From positions 32,001-96,000 of the forward strand of contig JAWODC010000092.1 in assembly GCA_046483495.1 (NCBI GenBank): DNA of 64,000 nucleotides. Direction: 5' to 3'. The stretch's first letter is position 1. Every line of letters begins with the position of its first letter. This DNA is from Desulfobacterales bacterium (GTDB lineage: Bacteria; Desulfobacterota; Desulfobacteria; Desulfobacterales; UBA5616). Shown piece after piece: positions 58,801-64,000 of the stretch. A program made the translations under genes and the position numbers. A model generated the notes under the pieces. That model was not told the origin of the DNA. It did no database searches and saw only the letters and a list, made by a program, of their open reading frames with translations.

Positions 58801-59093
58801 GGGTCAAGACCAACCAGCGATTTCACATCTTCGAGATCCCTCCCGCTCAAAATGGAAACCGTGCAGTACGTTGCGAGATCCTTCAATGTTTCCCGCATGG
58901 ATTCCGACATCACGGCGAGCTCGGGCCGTTCGACGATGGGGGTCAGGGTGCCGTCATAATCCAGAAAAACGGCAAATTTTTTATTATCGGAGATTTCCTT
59001 TATGTCCTCGGACCTCACCAGAGCCGAGGATAGACTCCCCGTATTGGACTGGGAATCGGTAATCGCTGGTATCGGGATAATGTCTGCTTCCAT
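55803..59093 (-). CDS. otsB: Trehalose-6-phosphate phosphatase (OtsB) fused to a GH65 glycoside phosphorylase/hydrolase
   Basis: HAD motifs DYDGTL, SGR and [10 protein letters not shown]65 motifs LGNGY..RG, GHIFWDE, GPDEYH, KQAD and HGSTLS. Confidence 0.92.
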   Translation of the reverse strand: MEADIIPIPAITDSQSNTGSLSSALVRSEDIKEISDNKKFAVFLDYDGTLTPIVERPELAVMSESMRETLKDLATYCTVSILSGRDLEDVKSLVGLDPLLYGGSHGFDIAAPGYQQIRHEKGTEFIPALERVAQALKKKLEPIHGAVVEHKKFSIAVHFRQAADDDVPKIEAGLDEVLEEFEEFRKSTGKKVFELKPAIDWHKGKALLWLLEKLQLDRPDVLPIYIGDDTTDEDAFRELGRIGGLGVIVRDKHSRPTYAHFAVDSTEEVRQFLQFLTGTARETRHQWWLTYTGFIPTEEGLREALCTLGNGYFATRGAAAESHADDIHYPGMYLAGGYNRLGTEVAGRIIVNEDLVNMPNWLPVQFRIDGGRWVELKHVDILMYRQELDIKSGILHREVRFRDKQGRESILFCRRFVHMENAHMAAEEINLMAVNWSGEVDIRSALDGTVTNAGVERYKDLNSRHLRPMEAFAVNPETLYLKVRTSQSDIRVALAARTRVFNNLEPIQLQWQHEIREGYIEQTARVSLHTGDTLTVEKIVSLYTSRDYAISECGLEARSAVKRAGSFHDLLMTHIRAWWHLWRRFNVQFRFENRDGDNRIGLITHLYIFHILQTVSLHTIDIDVGVPARGWHGEAYRGHIFWDELFIFPFLNFRLPEITRSLLMYRYYRLDAARQAAKNAGHEGAMYPWQSGSNGREETQVVHYNPKSGRWLPDNSHLQRHVNIAIAYNLWLYYQVTDDIEFMSFYGAEMLLEIARFLASLTSYDKASNRYEMKNVMGPDEYHDAYPDSDEPGLNNNTYTNVMTVWVLSRALWMLDIIPLERRLQLCSKLNLNSAEMRRWDAVSRKMKVVFIEDNVLAQFEGFDKLEEFDWPKYRAKYGDIHRLDRILEAEGDTPNRYKLSKQADTLMLFYLLSAEELDRLFDRLGYTFDPEWIPKTISYYLKRTSHGSTLSRVVHSWVLARATRAGSWSHFCEALKSDIEDIQGGTTKEGIHLGAMAGTVDMVTRGYTGLEVRDRVLRFNPCLPEELEFFHMHLRYRGHTLEIDVDSETLRIYVLPSDQPPIKISHNEQEYVIGPGQMKEFPVTCSVPMPIEMGI

Positions 59094-59162
59094 GGTACAT
59101 CCTCTGCTGTCGCCTATAGGTTCGGTGCCGTCGCGGTGTTGAATTACATGTCACCATTTAAA

Positions 59163-59969
59163 TTACCGGCAAAAAGGGGCGTTTTTCACTTCGGGCAGTT
59201 TTTCCGGTGTAAAATAAGCATTGGAAATGTCGTCCTTCACTTCGGAGCGCTTTGCCACCCACTCGGTGCTGGTTTTTTCAAAGTGATCGAACATCTCCAT
59301 GGTAAAGCTGATCACATTTCCATCCGGATCCATTTTGGCATCGGAAAAGACCAGGGTCTTCCACAGATCCCCGCCTATATCATAATAATAGCGTTTAACC
59401 GGCATAAAATTGTCGGCAGATACAAACGTTATGATTTTAGAGTAATAAGCGCTTGAACGAGGTATGGATTTCAGAACCACGATATCCTCTTTTTTCTCAT
59501 CGTGATCGGGCATCAGTTCGTGGTCGGCCCAAGGGTCGATAAAACCGATGTCTGTGTAAGTGAAATCGGTTCCGAGAAAGGGTTCATATGTGAAAATATT
59601 GTTTATTCTTCGAATTCGATTAAGTGACGGCGCATAGACCCACGTGTTGATCGCACGTTGTTTCAGCGGTTCTCTGATTAATATCGTAAATCCGTAAAGG
59701 GGTTCGGGTTCTCTGATCATTATCAGAATTTTCTTTTCATCATCGATGGTTTTGCGTATTTCGCACGCCTCCCATTCCATGGTCGTGTCATTTTGGAATT
59801 TGATGTTGACGTGGATATCACGAACCATGGTCTCTTCCGGTTCCAGCAGTTCCTTTATTTCGGTCAACACCTTTTCAGCCGTTATGGATTGGGCCTGGGA
59901 TAACGGCAATGCCGCAATAAGCGTGATGCAGAAAACGATTACATGAGTCGTGAACATCTTTTTTGCCAT
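59163..59969 (-). CDS. Outer membrane lipoprotein-sorting (LolA-like) protein
   Basis: Signal peptide; WVY.PSL.RIRRI and FLGTDFTY.D motifs. Confidence 0.8.
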   Translation of the reverse strand: MAKKMFTTHVIVFCITLIAALPLSQAQSITAEKVLTEIKELLEPEETMVRDIHVNIKFQNDTTMEWEACEIRKTIDDEKKILIMIREPEPLYGFTILIREPLKQRAINTWVYAPSLNRIRRINNIFTYEPFLGTDFTYTDIGFIDPWADHELMPDHDEKKEDIVVLKSIPRSSAYYSKIITFVSADNFMPVKRYYYDIGGDLWKTLVFSDAKMDPDGNVISFTMEMFDHFEKTSTEWVAKRSEVKDDISNAYFTPEKLPEVKNAPFCR

Positions 59970-60209
59970 TCTTCACCGCCTTTCCATTGTTTCCGGTTAT
60001 AGGTCACCTTCCGGGTTCATGCCGGGCGCATTTCGGACCGTTCGCCGGTGGAGCACAAATTCGCCGAAAAGACTCCAGAACCGCAACGCCGGGCAAGAAC
60101 GCAACGTTAAGCATCTTCATTATCGAATTCCGATTGTACCATTCCTGCCGATTTCGTGAAGTAGGTAGATAATGTATTTTACAAAGGACGGCATGTAAAG
60201 GAGCGACAG

Positions 60210-60641
60210 TCAGCAGACAGGATGATGCGGATTTTCCAGCGGGGGCTTGCCCGCCTTTAAGCGCATCCAGTTGACCATATTGAGAACACGCGGACGGCAA
60301 AGGATGCGCCGAATCAGGCGGCGTTTGCCGGGGATGTTTGATAACGAGATCCCGACGGCCATTGTAAGCAGCCCCTGTCCGGGCAGAACGAGCATCGCTA
60401 TGCCGGCGATCACGAGAATAATGCCCAATCCGTTTTTAAAAAATAAGTACGGCCACAGAATAGGTGCGGAAAGATTGTAGGTTTTTTCGCCTTCCCCCGT
60501 CAAGTAACCTCGTGGAAGCCAAATGACCAGGAGCGGACCGATCATCACCATGGCAAAAAATAGAACGAGCGAGGCCAGCGCCGCCCATCCCAGAATATTT
60601 TCATGTGTTTCCAGCCAGGTCCACATCATTTCCGCCATCAT
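60210..60641 (-). CDS. PGPGW-domain-like membrane protein
   Basis: KN..G..L...GIAMLVLPGQGLLT motif. Confidence 0.75.
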   Translation of the reverse strand: MMAEMMWTWLETHENILGWAALASLVLFFAMVMIGPLLVIWLPRGYLTGEGEKTYNLSAPILWPYLFFKNGLGIILVIAGIAMLVLPGQGLLTMAVGISLSNIPGKRRLIRRILCRPRVLNMVNWMRLKAGKPPLENPHHPVC

Positions 60642-61316
60642 TTAAATGTGAATGAGCCGGTATTTAACGGCTATTTTGATCAGATCGGACGTCGATTGGA
60701 CATCCATTTTTTCCATGATATTGTATTTATGGGTTTCAACGGTTTTGGGGCTGATATAGAGGCGTTCCCCTATTTGACCGGGCGTCAGTCCATCGGCCAG
60801 AAGAAGGAAAATCTCCTTTTCGCGCTTGCTGAGGTTTTCAATCCGCCGCCGAACGTTATTGGAAATTTTCTGTTCTTCCTCATTTTCCAGAAAGGTGAGG
60901 TGGGACTGGAGAATTTGACGCACGGCGTTGCTGTAAAAAACGGCTCCGGATTGAATAGTATTAACGGCAAGCAAAACTTCTTCCAATGGTTCATCTTTTA
61001 AAATACAGCCGGAAATGCCCATCCCGAAGAGGGTAATGATTTCCTCCGGGTTGGCCGTCATGGTGAACACCAGAATTCTGGTTCCTTCATTATCCTTTCG
61101 AATCCGCTTCACCACTTCGATGCCGCTCAGATTCGGCATCGCGATGTCCAGAATGATAAGGTCGGGATTCAAGGCGTCGACTTGTTCCAGGGTTTGCGTT
61201 CCATCCTGCGCCAGCCCGACAATTTCCACATCAGGTGCCGCTTTCAGGATTTTGGTCAGGCCCTCCAGGACGACCTGATGGTCGTCGGCGATTAATATTT
61301 TCGTGTTGCCGGCCAT
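60642..61316 (-). CDS. NarL/LuxR-family response regulator
   Basis: ADDH, LDIAMP and LSKREKEI..ISPKTVETH motifs. Confidence 0.93.
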   Translation of the reverse strand: MAGNTKILIADDHQVVLEGLTKILKAAPDVEIVGLAQDGTQTLEQVDALNPDLIILDIAMPNLSGIEVVKRIRKDNEGTRILVFTMTANPEEIITLFGMGISGCILKDEPLEEVLLAVNTIQSGAVFYSNAVRQILQSHLTFLENEEEQKISNNVRRRIENLSKREKEIFLLLADGLTPGQIGERLYISPKTVETHKYNIMEKMDVQSTSDLIKIAVKYRLIHI

Positions 61317-61365
61317 TGTATTTCCTTTAACCGTGTTGAAATATTTGTCGGAATCCTTGCCGATC

Positions 61366-62253
61366 TCAGGTTGTTTCCAGCGCCTCGAACCCTGAAACAA
61401 TGTCTAAAAGTTCACCGGTAATCGCCATTTGCCGGCGACGGTGGTATTCCATACTTAAATCGTCGAGCTCTTCCTGAATATTTTTTTCCGCCTGCTGCAT
61501 GGATTGAAGGCGACTTTGATTTTCACTGGCCATCGATTCGGCAAATGCCTTGTAAATGGCTGTAAACAGATGCTGCTTGATCAGGGATGAAAACATGGCG
61601 GTCGTATCCATCGTAATCATGGGTAGACATCGACTCGGCCATTCTTTTTTCTTCAATTCTTCCACCCACTGCTGATCGATGGGAAGCAGCCGTTCAGCAT
61701 GCGGCAAAAAGCCGGTTTTCTCCGGTTTTATGCTGTAATAAAGCCAGATCCGGCGTGGTGACCAGCGCCTTTCCCACTCGTCGATAACCGAGAGAATATC
61801 CTGGACATGAGAGGTGATGCCCGCCACGGACCCCGGGACCCGGATATAAGCGTCAACCGGGTGACCCACGCGTTCCAATTTGCGTTTCATGCGGGCTCCG
61901 ACGGCGATAAACCGCATGTTCCCCGTTTCGGGCGGGAGAGATTGCCGCAGATGCTTCAGCGTATGGTTGAGAACGACATCATTGAGCTGTCCGGCCATGC
62001 CCTGGTCGGAACCGAACACAACGGCACCGACGTGACCGTCCCGTGTTTTTCGGTCTTCTGCAAGAGGCGGCAAAGGATGCGACACCACCACCTGCATCGC
62101 CATGTCGATCGTGCGGGAAAACGCTCGAAGTGAGAGCACGGCTTTCTCGTATTGCTTGATTCTCACAGATGCCATCGCTTTCATGGTTTTAACCACCGAT
62201 TCCAAATCCGTGACACTGTCGATTTTTCGTTTTAATGCTTCAATGGTCTGCAT
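61366..62253 (-). CDS. atpG: F1 gamma subunit (N-type ATPase)
   Basis: VVKTMKAMA, GSDQGMAG, ASENQSRL..M and RQ..IT.EL motifs. Confidence 0.93.
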   Translation of the reverse strand: MQTIEALKRKIDSVTDLESVVKTMKAMASVRIKQYEKAVLSLRAFSRTIDMAMQVVVSHPLPPLAEDRKTRDGHVGAVVFGSDQGMAGQLNDVVLNHTLKHLRQSLPPETGNMRFIAVGARMKRKLERVGHPVDAYIRVPGSVAGITSHVQDILSVIDEWERRWSPRRIWLYYSIKPEKTGFLPHAERLLPIDQQWVEELKKKEWPSRCLPMITMDTTAMFSSLIKQHLFTAIYKAFAESMASENQSRLQSMQQAEKNIQEELDDLSMEYHRRRQMAITGELLDIVSGFEALETT

Positions 62254-62256
62254 ATG

Positions 62257-63780
62257 TTAATCCATGTGCAAGGCACGCTGCGCCGCCTTTATTAATGCCT
62301 CGATTTCCGCATCGCCGATTTTTTCACCGGATTCGATTTTCCGGCATACCTCCGGAAGCGTATCCGATACCTCCCTACTGATCTTCTCGATGGCTGCGGG
62401 CACCTCATTAAGGTTGAATGCGTCGAATATCCCTTCGTTCAGGGAAACGAGAGCGGCAATTTGTTCACATACGGGCATAGGGTGGTACTGGGGCTGTTTA
62501 AACGCTTCTCGTATTCTTCGTCCCCTCACCAGCGTTGAGCGGGTTTCTTCGTCCATCTGCGTGCCGAATCGGGCGAAAGTTTCCAACTCTTCGAATTGGG
62601 AATAGGCCAGGCGCAGGTCTCCCGATACCGTTCGAAATGCCGGCAGCTGGGTCTTCCCCCCCACCCTGCTGACCGAGCGTCCCACATCCACAGCCGGCAG
62701 AATTCCCTTCCTGAAGAGATCGGGAGACAGGTAAATCTGTCCATCCGTAATTGAAATCAGGTTGGTCGGAATGTATGCGGATATGTTCTGCGCCTCGGTT
62801 TCGACAATCGGCAGGGTGGAAAGGGATCCTCCTCCGCCCTCCTTTTTCAGGTGCGTTGAACGCTCCAAGAGCCGCGAATGAATGTAGAATATGTCGCCGG
62901 GAAATGCCTCTCTTCCGGGCGGCCTTCGCAAAAGAAGAGCGATTTCCCTGTAGGCCCTTGCATGCCGGGTAAGGTCATCAAGCACCACTAAAACATCCAT
63001 TCCCCGGTCCATGAAAAATTCTCCCACTGCCATGGCGGCGTATGGGGTGATATATTGCAGGCCCGGTGGATCTTCCTCGGTTGAAACTACGGCGACACTG
63101 TATTTCATGGATTCGTAACGGCGCAGATCATCGATTAATTTTGCAACGGCGGACGCCCTTTTGCCGATGCCGCAGTAGATGCAGACCATATCCCCCTCGT
63201 TCTGGTTGATAATGATGTCGAGGGCTATCGCTGTTTTGCCGGTTTGACGGTCGCCGATAATGAGCTGCCGTTGTCCCCGGCCGATGGGAATCAGGGCATC
63301 GATGATTTTAATTCCCGTCTGTAGCGGAACCGTTACCGGCAATCGGTCCATCATGGAGGGTGCAGGCTTTTCCAGGGGATAGCGGCGGTCGCTTTTGATC
63401 GGCATCCCATCGTCAAGGGTTTCCCCCATGCCATTGACTATTCGGCCCAAAAGGGATTCGCCGACAGGTATCGTGAGGATTTCACCGGTCAAATAGACTT
63501 CATTGCCTGCTGCCAGGTGTTTGTTGTCATCTAACAGAACGATTCCGGTTTCCGTTTCTCTCAGGTCGAAGGCGATTCCGTATGCTGCACCCGGCAATCG
63601 AATCATCTCCTGGTTTCGTACGCCGGAAAGTCCCGTTGCCCGTATAATGCCCGGCCCGATATAGGTGATCGTGCCGACGTTTTGGACGGTGAGCTCCGGT
63701 GGCAGGGATTTTCCGGCGTTTTCGATGACCTCGGCGGCGCCGTCAAGTGATCTTTTTAGAATACTGGTGTTTTCGTTCAT
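62257..63780 (-). CDS. atpA: F1 alpha subunit (N-type ATPase)
   Basis: GDRQTGKT, RRPPGREAFPGD and SVSRVGG motifs. Confidence 0.96.
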   Translation of the reverse strand: MNENTSILKRSLDGAAEVIENAGKSLPPELTVQNVGTITYIGPGIIRATGLSGVRNQEMIRLPGAAYGIAFDLRETETGIVLLDDNKHLAAGNEVYLTGEILTIPVGESLLGRIVNGMGETLDDGMPIKSDRRYPLEKPAPSMMDRLPVTVPLQTGIKIIDALIPIGRGQRQLIIGDRQTGKTAIALDIIINQNEGDMVCIYCGIGKRASAVAKLIDDLRRYESMKYSVAVVSTEEDPPGLQYITPYAAMAVGEFFMDRGMDVLVVLDDLTRHARAYREIALLLRRPPGREAFPGDIFYIHSRLLERSTHLKKEGGGGSLSTLPIVETEAQNISAYIPTNLISITDGQIYLSPDLFRKGILPAVDVGRSVSRVGGKTQLPAFRTVSGDLRLAYSQFEELETFARFGTQMDEETRSTLVRGRRIREAFKQPQYHPMPVCEQIAALVSLNEGIFDAFNLNEVPAAIEKISREVSDTLPEVCRKIESGEKIGDAEIEALIKAAQRALHMD

Positions 63781-64000
63781 TCGGAATTTTGTCCCGGTTC
63801 CGCGTTTCGATAATCGATCTCACCGGAAATGCGTGATGCATTTTCGATCAGCTCCAACATTTTCTGCTCGATATCCCGGTAGGCGTCTTCCATATTCCAC
63901 GATATGCGTTTATTGTCGATATGCAAACGGATACCGGCAATCAATTCGGGATCCCTTCGATAATCAACCGGAAGATCGGGTGCGATTTCTTCGTGAAGCG
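63777..64000 (-). CDS. atpF: C-terminus of N-ATPase b subunit with delta-like domain (partial)
   Basis: Manual translation LHEEIAPDLPVDYRRDPELIAGIRLHIDNKRISWNMEDAYRDIEQ...; TGA overlaps the atpA ATG. Confidence 0.75.
   Translation of the reverse strand, partial: LHEEIAPDLPVDYRRDPELIAGIRLHIDNKRISWNMEDAYRDIEQKMLELIENASRISGEIDYRNAEPGQNSE

Overview
Chromosomal segment of a sulfate-reducing bacterium, most likely Desulfobacterota/Desulfobacterales. This is inferred from the reductive-type dsrAB-dsrD-dsrN operon, a tetraheme cytochrome c3, ahbB, tupABC, cooS and rubrerythrin. It holds about 55 protein genes: housekeeping (argS, serC, hisD, pepA, mtnA, queF, tatA/tatC), metal uptake (DUF4198-cbiM-cbiL-like; tungstate ABC), signalling (DacZ-type diadenylate cyclase, REC-adenylate cyclase, sigma54 activator, NarL-type regulator) and the 3' end of an N-type ATPase operon followed by an OtsB-GH65 trehalose fusion. 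I recognised no rRNA, tRNA, CRISPR array or transposase. Best leads: (1) a mycothiol-like cluster (MshA-like, MshD-like, PIG-L deacetylase, glyoxalase II-like) with a Fem-like GNAT where MshC would be expected, suggesting an undescribed low-molecular-weight thiol or aminoacyl-sugar pathway outside Actinobacteria; (2) a PrmA-like methyltransferase with a DsrD-like winged-helix N-terminus overlapping the end of the dsr operon; (3) nine copies of a ~146-bp rod-like palindromic element whose stems covary and which often abuts stop codons; (4) a sigma54-driven, GGA-rich, terminator-bounded candidate sRNA; (5) a CoA-transferase pair lacking the catalytic glutamate; (6) a switchable leader RNA ahead of the Co/Ni uptake genes. 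All family assignments come from motif recognition by eye, not from database searches.
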